A stretch of 64,000 nucleotides of DNA from Octopus sinensis (Eukaryota): the NCBI RefSeq assembly GCF_006345805.1, contig NC_043013.1, positions 13,020,001-13,084,000 on the forward strand, given 5' to 3'. Position 1 is the stretch's first letter. Each line of letters opens with the position of its first letter. The notes beneath the pieces are model-generated. The model saw only the letters and a list, made by a program, of their open reading frames with translations, ran no database searches and was not told the DNA's origin. Shown in pieces: positions 1-10,937 of this stretch. The translations under genes were made by a program, and so were the position numbers.

Positions 1-131
1 TAAAGATTTAGCCATCACGACTGAGGCCACTTAAGTACTTTCTATGTATGTATGTATGTATGTATGTATGTATGTATGTATGTATGTATGTATGTATGTA
101 TGTATGTATGTGTGTGTGTGTGTATGTATGT

Positions 132-545
132 GCGCATCCAAAACAGCTCTTCTACGGTGAACTCGGCCAGGGCAGGCGCAAAGTCGGAGTGCAGAAAAAG
201 CGCTACAAGGATAGTCTCAAGGTCTCTCTCAAAGACTTCTCCATCGGAACAGAGACCTGGGAGACACTTGCTGCCAACCGCTCATCCTGGCGCAGCGCAA
301 TCACCGTGGGAGCAGGGACAGCCGAGGAGGGACGGATTCGGTCAGCGGAGCAGAAACGTCAGATGCGTAAAGTCAGAGCCGCCTGCACCAGTAGCACTGC
401 CCCTACCCACTTCTGCCCCACCTGTGGGAGGGGCTTCCTTGCCCGGATTGGCCTCACCAGCCACCTCCGGTCTCATGGCGGCAGTTCCATCAGATGATGT
501 CAGTTGGTCATCTTCGAACCGAAGGACGAACATTATTATTATTAT
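132..545 (+). mobile_element. RTE-clade LINE 3' fragment
   Basis: Translation KQLFYGEL..G.RKVGVQKKRYKDSLK...W...A..RSSWR and the C2H2-like end CPTCGRGFLARIGLTSHLRSH, followed by a short 3'UTR and an (ATT)n tail. Confidence 0.85.
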
Positions 546-580
546 GTGCGTATGTATATATATATATATATGTGCGTATG

Positions 581-613
<33 letters not shown>

Positions 614-660
614 GTATATATGTATATATGTATATACATATGTGTGTATATATATATGAA

Positions 661-894
661 GGCGCGTGGTTTAGTGGTTAGGGTGTCAGCAACATGATCG
701 TAAGATTGTGGTTTAGATTCTTGGAGTGGGTGACGCGTTGGGTTGTTAAGCAAAACACTTCATTTCACGTTGCTACAGTCCATTCAGCTGGCAAAAATGA
801 GTAGCACTGCGATGGACTGGCGTCACATCCAGCTGAGGAGCACAGACGCTATTGAAACCGGGAAACCGGACCAATGAACATGGCTAGGCTTTAA
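661..894 (+). mobile_element. tRNA-derived SINE
   Basis: Box A-like TGGTTTAGTGG and degenerate box B-like GTTTAGATTC. The body contains GCAAAACACTT and GCGATGGACTGGCGTC motifs typical of central-domain SINEs. Confidence 0.65.
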
Positions 895-923
895 ATATAT
901 ATATATATATATATATATATAGG

Positions 924-994
<71 letters not shown>

Positions 995-999
<5 letters not shown>

Positions 1000-3564
1000 T
1001 TATAATAAGATTAGCTCGTATACGAGTGGGTATATATTTGTAAAAAATGAAGTTTGAAAATGCTGCTATATTAGACAAATTTTTAATTTTTATATATACA
1101 TTATTTATTTAACATGTTTCGCTTCTTGAAATGATGAACCTTATAAAAAAAATTATATATAAAAAAGATAGTTCATGCTATCAAATATAAAAAATTCATA
1201 TATAATATACAATAGAGTCAGACATCAAAAGTTCATATATAGTGAAGTGAGTTCATGCTATGTGTTTAAAGAGTATGATGTAGTAGTTCATAGTGGTGAT
1301 ATGCATTCAATATAAAAAATAGTTCATAGTGGTGATATGCATTCAATATAAAAAATTGATGTTCTTGAAAAAGCGAGGAATTCATTTTAGATTTTACCTT
1401 GAGTAACTGTAATGACTTTTGGTCGGTGTCCGCTCGGACAGTTCTGGCGAACCTTGTGAATTGTTTGGGTTTTATATCACCTGTTAAGTGACCAGTCCAG
1501 CGGAACGAGACGTCATCAACGTTTTGACCAATCGTTTCGTTAGGTGGCTAGTCAAGCAGAACGGGACGTCATCAATATTATGACCAATCAGAATCGGGTC
1601 CGACCTATAGCTGTATTAGATCTGCCCCTTGTCTGTATCCTGTTAGGTGGCCAGTCCAGCGTAACGAGACGTCATCACTGCTTTGACCAATCATCCCGTT
1701 AGGTGGCCAGTCCAGCAGAACGAGATGTCATCAATGTTTCGACCAATCAGAATCGGGTCTGACCCTTAGCTGTATCGTATGTGGCCAGTCCATCAGGATT
1801 AGATCTGTTCGAAGAGATCTTTTTATAAATTTTTTTCCCTTTTCCCTAAGACATATTTCCGTCAGTGTGAGTGACTGTTTAAGGTAGCGGCCGTGGTGGA
1901 ATTTCGCTTCTCCTTTTCGGAGGACCAATCTTATGTTTTAATATTCCTGGCCCAGGGTGTTTAAACTTGGTCTAAATTTTTTGATGAAATACAGTTCTTT
2001 ATTTTGGCGTTGCGTGAAGGTTGCGTTGTCACTGAATTTATAAAGCGGGTAAGTTGTAAATTTCGGATTTACATTTCCAGCACATCTATCTATGTGTCCG
2101 CTGACCGGTATTTTCCGGTATTCAGGGTTTCTAATTTGTGATTTATGCACCGCCATCCTGTTATGTAAGCTATTTTTTGTATGGCCTATATACTGCCTAT
2201 TGCAGCCTGCGCATGTTATGACGTAAATTAAGTTTTCTGATGCGCAGGTGAAGTTTGCTCTAATGGTGAACTGATGGCCTTGTTCTAGTATAAATTCTGA
2301 ACCTTCTATCAAGATGACACAGATTCCGCAGTTGGGCCTTCCGCATTTTCTAACTGCTGGTTTTGTGGTTGATGTTGAGTGAAGTTTAGCTTGGGTTAAA
2401 ATCCTTTTCAAGGATTTTGGTTGCCGTTTACTTTTAATGATGGTGTGTGTTTCGAGGATCCGTTTCATCTTTGGGTCTCCCTTTAGTAGGGCTGTGCTTT
2501 GTAGTATGGTGCTGAAGGCCTCATTGTTGAGTGGGTTGTGTGTAGAGATGTAGGGAAGGGTTTTTAATTGTTCTTTCTTTTTGGGTTTTGTTTGTCTCAG
2601 GTCTTCTATACTTAATTTGAGTGCCCTTTGGATTGCACTGTCTATTAGGGGCTGTGGATAGTTTCTATTTGTGAGTGTGGTTCTAAGTTCCTGGAGACGT
2701 GTGTGTCGGGTGTTTGTGTCTGATATTATGGTGCAGATCCTTCTAGCTAAACAAAAAGGGACATTTATTCTAGTGTGTCGTGGGTGGCATGAATCAAAGG
2801 GTAGGTATTGTTTGGAGTCTGTCGGTTTATAGTAGATATCTGTCTCTATTTTTTTGCCGGTTTTCTTAATGAGGATGTCTAAAAATGGTAATTCTTTTTC
2901 GTTGTGATCCATCGTGAATTGTATATTATCATTTATTCCATTTAATAGTATTTTAAATTCCTCAAGTTTCTCTATACCTTTGTCCCAGATGATGAAACAG
3001 TCATCGAGGTATCTTTTCCAGTTGTTATGGATATAGGTGGCGAAGGTGTTTCCAAATTTCTCGAGTGTTATCTGGTAGAGCATTTTCTCGAGGTATCCCA
3101 TCACTAGGTTGGCAAAAGATGGTGCAGTACGCGTGCCCATCGCTGTTCCCGATCTTTGTCTGTAGAAATTATTGTCAAAAATAAAGTAATTGTTCTCTAA
3201 AATAAATCTAAGTCCTTCTATTATAAGGTCTTTGTTTATGCGAGTTGGGAGTTCAAAAGGGTAGTTATTCAGCCAGAAGGTGATCGCTTCTATTCCTAGA
3301 TTGTGAGGGATGTTAGAATAAAGATTAACTACGTCGAATGATACTAGAAGGGTTTTCTCATTGACTGTTTTAGGGAGGTGGTTGAGCATATCTATATCGT
3401 CTCTTACGTAGCTTTTGATGTGTTTTAGGAAAGGTTTAAGAAGTGTGTCTAAGAAATTGCTGAAGCGGTGAGTCTCACATGCTGGCCCTGCTATTATCGG
3501 TCTAAGTTTAAGATCATTTGGTGAAGGGATTTTGATGAGTATATCGGTAGATGTTTTGCACGTT
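995..3564 (-). mobile_element. Penelope-like retroelement (RT + GIY-YIG), 5'-truncated, flanked by (TA)n
   Basis: The frame is open from 3563 to 1938: LKLRPIIAGP, SFDVVNLYSNIPH, GTAMG, RYLDDCF, LPFLDI, IYYKPTD, then GIY-YIG NLIYVITCAGCNRQYIGHT...R...H...E.YFI. The ORF-track Met at 3389 is internal. The 3' region runs to about 995. Confidence 0.93.
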
Positions 3565-3710
3565 ATATATATATATATATAAAGTGGTGTGTATTATTGT
3601 GTATAGAAGAATATATTATTCTAACTCTAAGAAATTCCACGTTTTCTGATTTTCACATTTTATTTACAATCTCATAATATAATATATGAAATAATGTAAT
3701 ATTAAATGTC

Positions 3711-3756
<46 letters not shown>

Positions 3757-3853
3757 TAGACTTATTTATGCATGAATAAATATATCTTTGGATGCATTTC
3801 ATTTTGTAGTTTGCTTTTCAAATGTTACTCCTTGGCATATTTGGCATATATAT

Positions 3854-4952
3854 TGTTACGGAATCACCCGTCGTCGCCGCTCGCCCGAACGGCGCAAGTT
3901 CACCATGGATCCCAAAGAGGAGAGAGGAGAGATACAACAACAACAACAGCAGCAGCCCAGAAGCAATCGAGAGAGACGCAATGAGGCAAGGCACTACTGG
4001 CTTACATTTAACACTAGTTTATATGACAATTAATTGTTACACATCAAATACATTTAAAGGAAACATTTAAAGGAAACATGCACGTGACAACTCAATACAT
4101 CTCCCCAACAGATCAAAGCATTTAAACATGCAAGTAACAATATAACAGTCCGGAGACACAACAAGGTCAATACATCAGCATTTCAAAGGTACACGTCCGA
4201 AGACACAGTTCTTTTTCCAAATCACTTCAACAGATAACGTTCACAGTTCTTTAAAGTCTTTTTCTACACATATCAACACAATTCTGAACATAAATACCAC
4301 AACTCGATAATCGACACATCGACAAGTCCTCTACTCAATTCACAATGTTCATTTCACTGTCTCTTTACATCGTGACACGTATCAATACATAATCAAATAC
4401 CTTAATTCCTAACTGAATAGCCAGTGTCCCATCTTGCACTCCATCTCTCTCTCAATACTGCTAACTCCAGCTTGCCAAGCTCCTGAATCCCACCGCTTGC
4501 TCCTAAGATTCCAACTCCTTGTCCTGACTTCCAAGATCCGTCTGTGCTCTTTGACGACCGAATACCAACTACCCAAAACCTCACTTGCTCTCTCCCTTCC
4601 CACTACCCTCATCTCCATCTGTCTCTACTGCTTATACCCTCTCTATCTGCCCTAGTCCCTGGCTGCCTGTCCTCCTCTGCCCCTCATCCTTTCTCACTGC
4701 TAATATCCTCTCTATCTGCTCTCTGCCCTTACTGCCTATCTCTATCCTCAATCTGTCCCTTAACCTTATACTCTATCTCTCTCACTACTTTTCTTCCTCT
4801 TCTAGGACGACCTCCAATCGACCGCACAAGGCCAGAGGTCCCTCCAAAAACCCATTAATCTCCCAGTAAACAAAGGGCTGTCTCTTTTCTTCCAGACGTG
4901 CCGGCGCCACACCCAAAAGTGGGTCAGAAATACTGCACTAGCCAAAACCCAT

Positions 4953-4956
<4 letters not shown>
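3854..4956. mobile_element. Probable solo LTR (Gypsy-type)
   Basis: Ends are TGTTA...TAACA with ATAT on both sides (3850-3853, 4957-4960). There is no internal direct repeat and no convincing ORF. Confidence 0.55.
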
Positions 4957-4991
<35 letters not shown>

Positions 4992-5007
4992 TATATATAT
5001 ATATATA

Positions 5008-5094
<87 letters not shown>

Positions 5095-5096
<2 letters not shown>

Positions 5097-6365
5097 CGGG
5101 AAGCTTTATGAAAATAAACAAAAGACGAAGGCAGGTGGAAAACAAACGAACAATTGTATTAGTATGGCGCTCAGGAAATATAAATAAAACAAGTCTTTAA
5201 CGTTTCGAGCCTACGCTCTTCAACAGAAAGATACACAGAGAGAGAAAAAAACACAGAAAGAAGGAGAGAAAAAAAATGCGTGCAGTAGCTAACGAATCAA
5301 CATGGCGATCTGATTTCGGCCAGAGGTCAAAGATCAAACATGAGACGCGAGAGCGAAATAAGGGGAGATAATAGGGTTGATAAAAGGGTTGAGGGACCAG
5401 CTAAAAGTGCGTGGGAGGGGTCTGGATGTGTGTATGTATAGGGTTGGTGTATGTATTAGTATGTATAAGGGTGTGTGTGTGTATGAGAGAGTATTAGTGC
5501 GTAGGATTGGTCTGGACGTGCGTATGTATGGGGTTGGTGTATGTATTAGTATGTATTAGTATGTATTAGTACGTATTGGTATGTATAGGTGTGTGTGTGT
5601 GTGTGTGAGAGAGTATAAGTGCGTATGGGGGTCTGGACGTGTGTATGTATAGGGTTGGTGTAAGTATTAGTATGTACTAGTATGTATTAGTACGTATTAG
5701 TATGTATTAGTTGGTGTGTGTATTAGTATGGCACATCATATGTGATGTGATGTGTAAAGTCATGTGGTGTAGTGAGGAGAAGAGGGGGAGGGGGAGAAGA
5801 GGGGGGAGAGAAGGGGAGGGGAAGAAGAGGGGGAGGAGAAGGGGAAGAGGAGAGGATGGGGAGAAGGAAGGGGAGAGAGGGAGCAGAGGGAAGGGGAAGA
5901 GGGAGGGAGAAAGAGGGAAGAAGGGAAGGGGAGTAGGGGTGAAAGGATGAAGGACTGAAGAAGTAGGGGTCGGGGGGAGAAAGGATAGGTGAGGAGGGGG
6001 AGGGGGGTTAGATGAGGAGGGGGGAGAGTTGAGACCAAATGGCGTATAAGAGCGAAGAGAGAAGATTAATTCCTGTTCACGGCGCAAACGGGAATCCGGA
6101 TGGCCTCTGTGTAAGGACAAACCGAACACAGATAGGTGTTGCAAGGAGTGACCGGTGGAGCGGAAATGGCGTGAGACCGGTGTGTCGTTCGCAAGGTGGA
6201 TGTCACGAAGGTGTTCCGCGAACCGGTCAGCCAAGCGGCGTCCCGTTTGTCCGATGTACAAGGAATTGCAGAGAGAGCAAGAGATGCAATAGATAATATT
6301 GCTGGAGGTGCAGGTGAAGGAGTGGATGATGGGATAGGGTCGATGGTGGGTGCTAGTGAGGCGGG
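5095..6365 (-). mobile_element. Penelope-like element 3' fragment (GIY-YIG C-terminus + 3'UTR)
   Basis: Translation FTCTSSNIIYCISCSLCNSLYIGQTGRRLADRFAEH...PVSRHF...RREQELIFSLRSYTPFGLN. Hammerhead-like motif near the 3' end. (TA)n on both sides. Confidence 0.88.
5194..5231 (-). ncRNA. Minimal type-I hammerhead-like motif (variant core)
   Basis: Minus strand reads TCTTT CTGTTGA A GAGC-GTAG-GCTC GAAAC GTT AAAGA, giving stem I, stem II and a palindromic AACGTT stem III. It sits in a Penelope 3'UTR. Confidence 0.6.
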
Positions 6366-6537
6366 TATATATATATATGAATAAAAAATGGAGTTAACGC
6401 AGGTTTAAACAAGTATTTTTACTTTCTACATCTTTACTTGTGAGATTTTTGCTGCCCTGGTAACTATTTATTTATTTTTCCGTGTTAATTGTTAACAAGG
6501 TAAAATACACTCATCTATTTATATATATATATATATA

Positions 6538-8130
6538 CCAGGATGAATATCCCTTCAATCTAGCAAAAAGGATATGCACTATAGTCTCTAACGCAAACAC
6601 CAGAGACACACGACTACAAGAACTAAAAGATACCCTTATCACCAGGAACTATCCACCTTCACTTATTGACAAGTGCATTCAACGTGCCCTTCAACTTAAC
6701 ATCAAGGAACTGAGACATCCCAAATCAAAGAAAAACTTACAACCAAAAGCCTTACCATACATCTCCACACACAACCCTCTCAATAACGAAGCCTTCGGCA
6801 CCATCCTCCACAACATACCCCTCCTAAAAAAAGACCACAGAATGAACACAATCCTCCAAACACACACGATCATAAAAAGCAAAAGACAGCCTAGATCCAT
6901 GAAAAGTCTCCTAACACAAGCCCGAATTCACTCTTCAACACAGAAGCCGACAGTAAAACAATGTGGAAGTCCCAATTGCGAGATATGCGACTATCTAATT
7001 GAGGGATCAGAGTTCTCCTTCAAACAGGGACAACGGTTTACAGTGAAAAGCAACTTCACATGTGCTTCGGAGAACCTAATATACTCACTAACCTGCTCCG
7101 GGTGTCAAGAGCAGTACATATGCCAAACAAAAAATGGTTTGCGTAAACGAATGGCCCTGCACAGATCCCAGATAAAAATTCCCCAAAACAGAAAAATAGC
7201 TTTTAGCCAACACATAGATACTTGCGCCAACAAAAAAACACCAAACTTCAGGATTTTCCCCCTCTACCAATTTAGGGACGATACAACCTCGAGACAACGA
7301 ATAAGTAAAGAAAATCTCTTTATTACAAAATACAGGCCACTTCTTAACGGGTCTACGACAAACAATTAATATACCTCAAGTTTAGAATAAAAGAAATATA
7401 TACACACACAAATATTACATTCCATAGAATCCATTACTAATCAGCCCCATCACAGCTATACTTTCACCCATTCATATTCTCCCTTCTCTGTTTTTTTATT
7501 CTTCTTCCTCTTCTTCTTCATCATCATCATTATCATCATCATCGTCATCATCATCACCACCATCATCACCATCATCTTCTCCTTCTCCTCTTCTTCTTCT
7601 TCTTCTTCTTCTTCTTCTTCTTCTTCTTCTTCTTCTTCTTCTTCTTCTTCTTCTTCTTCATCATCATCATCAACATAGTCATCATCTTCTTCTTCTTCTT
7701 CTACTTCTCCACCTTCTACCCCTTAACCTTGTCACTAATGTCTTTCAGTATAACGCCTACGCAAATTCCATAAACAATTCCTGAATTGAACTGCGACTGC
7801 TGTCCACCACTGACCATTCAAAATACGACCATCAAGGCATTCCCAGATTTCCCCACCCCCTCTCCACATCAGCCTTCTTCTTCACCTACCCTACCAAGAA
7901 CTCACAACGACCTCGAACACACAAGTGCAAACAAGGGAGTCAGAGAAAGGCAGAATGCCACTTATATCTGAACACTACTATAGAAATATTCTTTTAAAAA
8001 AACTTTTCTTCTAATTTTTCTAAATTTAATTATTTAATCGTTACAGTTGAAAAGGTCTCAAAATGACCGAAACCGGTACTGAAAGATTCACTATAAAATT
8101 ATCTTAGCATTTTCCATTTTTGACTTGTTT

Positions 8131-8135
<5 letters not shown>
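6538..8135 (+). mobile_element. Penelope-like element, 5'-truncated (RT thumb + GIY-YIG + 3'UTR)
   Basis: PFNLAKRICTIVS...RLQEL...RNYP, YISTHNP, NLIYSLTCSGCQEQYICQT: a clear paralogue of the 1938-3563 ORF. The 3'UTR carries (CTT)n/(CAT)n. Flanked by (TA)n. Confidence 0.9.
8044..8081 (+). ncRNA. Minimal type-I hammerhead-like motif (U3-A8 core)
   Basis: CAG TTGAAAA GGTC-TCAAAAT-GACC GAAAC CG GTA CTG, with palindromic ACCGGT in stem III. Located near the 3' end of the Penelope copy. Confidence 0.55.
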
Positions 8136-8195
<60 letters not shown>

Positions 8196-8223
8196 TAATA
8201 TATATATATATATATGAATATAT

Positions 8224-8301
<78 letters not shown>

Positions 8302-8422
8302 GAATATATGTCTATTTTATTGGAGAGTTATTGTTCCGCGTGTGTTGTGTTACGTTGTTTCGCTGTGATTCTTTGGGAATGAGGTTAACCTTGATATAGC
8401 CTTTTACGATTTTCTCTATGTT

Positions 8423-8802
8423 TTTATCATATCTTGTACTTATCGAAGGTGAAGGTATTGTTTCCAGTAGTGTTTGTTTGTTTGTTTATTTGTCCGTGGA
8501 CAAGATATTTCAAGAACTGCTGGATAGATTCCGATGAAACTTTCAGGGATGTTTGGCCTCATGACTGACACGAACTTATTAGAGTTTGGGATCGATTCGG
8601 TACGGGACAAGGATTCTGGATTATTTTTCTTATTTTTCACTTAATTTTTGAGAGCAGTCGGGTTCAGTTTTTGTTTTCTCGTTTGTGAGCGCAGTCGAAT
8701 TTATTTCAGATATTCTCATTTCCAAAACCATCTCTGGCTATTCATTGAGAGGACGTTGGTGTTGCCTTCGCGAAGGTTTGTACTCTCTGGGTGCTCTTGT
8801 TT
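8423..8802 (+). mobile_element. Helentron-associated non-autonomous element (HINE/DINE-1-like)
   Basis: Contains a (GTTT)n tract, the GGATAGATTCCGATGAAACTTT core, and a subterminal CCTTCGCGAAGG followed by the TGTACTCTCTGGGTGCTCTTGTT 3' end. Confidence 0.6.
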
Positions 8803-9659
8803 ATTACAAAGGACGTGGTCAACTTTCATTATATATTTGGTTGTATAGCGTTGTGCATGCAGAAGGAAGTTTTACAAAACTTTACATCGACTTAATTTAA
8901 ATTAGTGCCTATTCAGTGAGTAATTTTCACGCCAAAATTATATTCTATGATCTGGACTAAATACGTATTAGGCTATATTGCCCAACGAATATCTGGTTAG
9001 ACCAAAACATGTCCGGATTTAACCCCAAACTTACTAAAAACTAAATTTGTTCCCCACTGCTTACCTCTTGATTATTTTTATCAATTACAATTTCGTAATT
9101 CTCTCCCTTCCATCTCCCACGGTTATTATTAGATCAAATAATTGTATTTTTTCTTCATTTCGTGTATAATTTCGATTAATTAAAAAATCTATTTGGTTCC
9201 CTACATTCACACTTTATCCTGATCTTAACAGGATAAATTTTTCACAAATTTTTTCTAGTTTTGTTCCTATCTCTTTATCGCTCCGCACTCCTCCTCCTCC
9301 TCTCTCTCTTATTTTCTCTATCTTCCTTTCCCTCTCAAATTTATCGCTCTACCTCCTTATTTAAATGGATAATTTTATGGTGATGTAGTGGTCATCGTCG
9401 TATTTGTTATCGAATTATGCTTGTAGCACTTCTCTTTCTTATTCTTTATTGTTTGCAAATTAATGTTTAACGTAAATGTGAAATATGAAATATTTTACAA
9501 AATAAATTTTCGTTGCAGTTCTCTTCTACTTCTCAATGAATTTTGGAAATGGACGTGAGTAGATTTATATCAATGTATGAAAATTGTGAAAATTACTACA
9601 CAAACATTTGATTTATAAGTTCAATAGTGGAAAGCGATTTCCTTCTCAAAATAAATTTG

Positions 9660-10376
9660 GGCACTACCATGGAATTAGCTGTCAGGAGGAAAGTAAAAAA
9701 AGTGTGACGTCAATCTGACGTCACTCGTCCACCTTCGTTTGTTTCCGTAGAATTTATCAAATTAAAAAACGCAAAATTAATATATTTTTTGAAATTGCAA
9801 ATTATTTATAATATAAAAATATAATTTTCAACAGAGAGAATTTATCAAAATATAAAACAAATGAAGTTTGAAGTTAAGTTTAAAAATAAATGTGATACTT
9901 ATGCTGTGTAGATACTTATTACTCTGTAAGGTCTTAAACGGTTTCGGTGGTGGTGGTAGTGGTGGTCATTGGTGGTCATTGGTCGTGCTGATTGGTGTAT
10001 GTGGTCGCGGTGGTGGTGGTGGTGGTCATTTGTGCAGATTGGTGTGATTTCTTTTTTAAAAACAATAATGAATAATGCAAGAATATATTTATTTATAAAG
10101 TTTAAACAGAACATGGAATGAAATGTATTTATTTATATATTTCTTTATTGCCCACAGGGGGCTAAACACAGAGGGGACAAACAAGGACAGACAAAGGGCT
10201 TAAGTCGGTTACATTGACTCCAGTGCGTAACTGGTACTTAATTTATAAACCTAACAGCGTGGTGGTACGTAAATAAACGACGTAAATTAACGAAGGTATA
10301 AACCTGACGTAAATACACGAAGTTGACGTCAGATTTTTCTACTTTCACTTCTGACAGCTAATACCATAACAGTGCC
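9660..10376. mobile_element. Non-autonomous DNA transposon with ~55-bp imperfect TIRs (GGCACT...AGTGCC)
   Basis: 9660-9712 is the reverse complement of about 10323-10376. No transposase ORF. Superfamily not assigned. Confidence 0.7.
10139..10245 (-). mobile_element. SINE 3' half nested in the TIR element
   Basis: Reverse complement of the core and tail of the SINE at 12747-12975. Confidence 0.8.
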
Positions 10377-10625
10377 GTCAGAGATCAATTTTCAGCCGCT
10401 ATGGTTCCGTATTTGCTCGGTGATATATTAATCCCATTGTAAAGTAGATTATATACATTTACAGTTTATTTTGACAACTGACAAATAATGCTTATAAGAA
10501 TTATTCTTTCTTAAAGTAAAGAATAATTTCAGCCTGGCATTTATTAGTTCTCAACTTCGTTCATTATGACTTGTTAAGGTTCCAGTTAAGATTTTGTTGT
10601 TAAAATATATATGCAATAAGTTATA

Positions 10626-10937
10626 CCGTATATACTCAATTACGTTTTTTCCCCTTAAATTTTCACCTAAAGTTGGGGGTGCGACTTATAAGCGCATCCT
10701 ATAAAAGATCCTAAGATTTTTTCGGAAATACTTCCGTCCTCCCCCACCCCGCCATTTTCTCCCAAATTTGCTGTTTTCGGATACGGAGATTACGGTAAAT
10801 TGCCAAAAATCGGTAGTGTTAAATGCCACCACCCCTTTTTTCCGCCCCAAATTCTTCAATTTTGACTTTTTTCCCAAACCTTGTAAGTCTAGAGTGCGTC
10901 TTATAGGCAAAGGTGTTTTATAGTCGAGTATATAAGG
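10626..10937. mobile_element. Tc1/mariner (pogo/Tigger-type) MITE
   Basis: TA|CCGTATATACTC ... GAGTATATAAGG|TA termini with TA target-site duplication. Confidence 0.7.

Noticed and set aside
661-760. Functional tRNA gene
   Set aside because: The A/B-box-like motifs belong to a SINE head. There is no cloverleaf and it runs straight into SINE body sequence.
1111-1140. Hammerhead at the equivalent position of the first Penelope copy (minus strand GAAAC-ATGTT palindrome)
   Set aside because: Only the 3' half is recognisable. There is no CUGANGA-like core with a stem II, so at best it is a degenerate remnant.
1484-1810. CRISPR-like interpretation of the repeat/variable-spacer array
   Set aside because: The context is eukaryotic, spacers are only 7 nt, the units form a higher-order tandem, and there are no cas genes.
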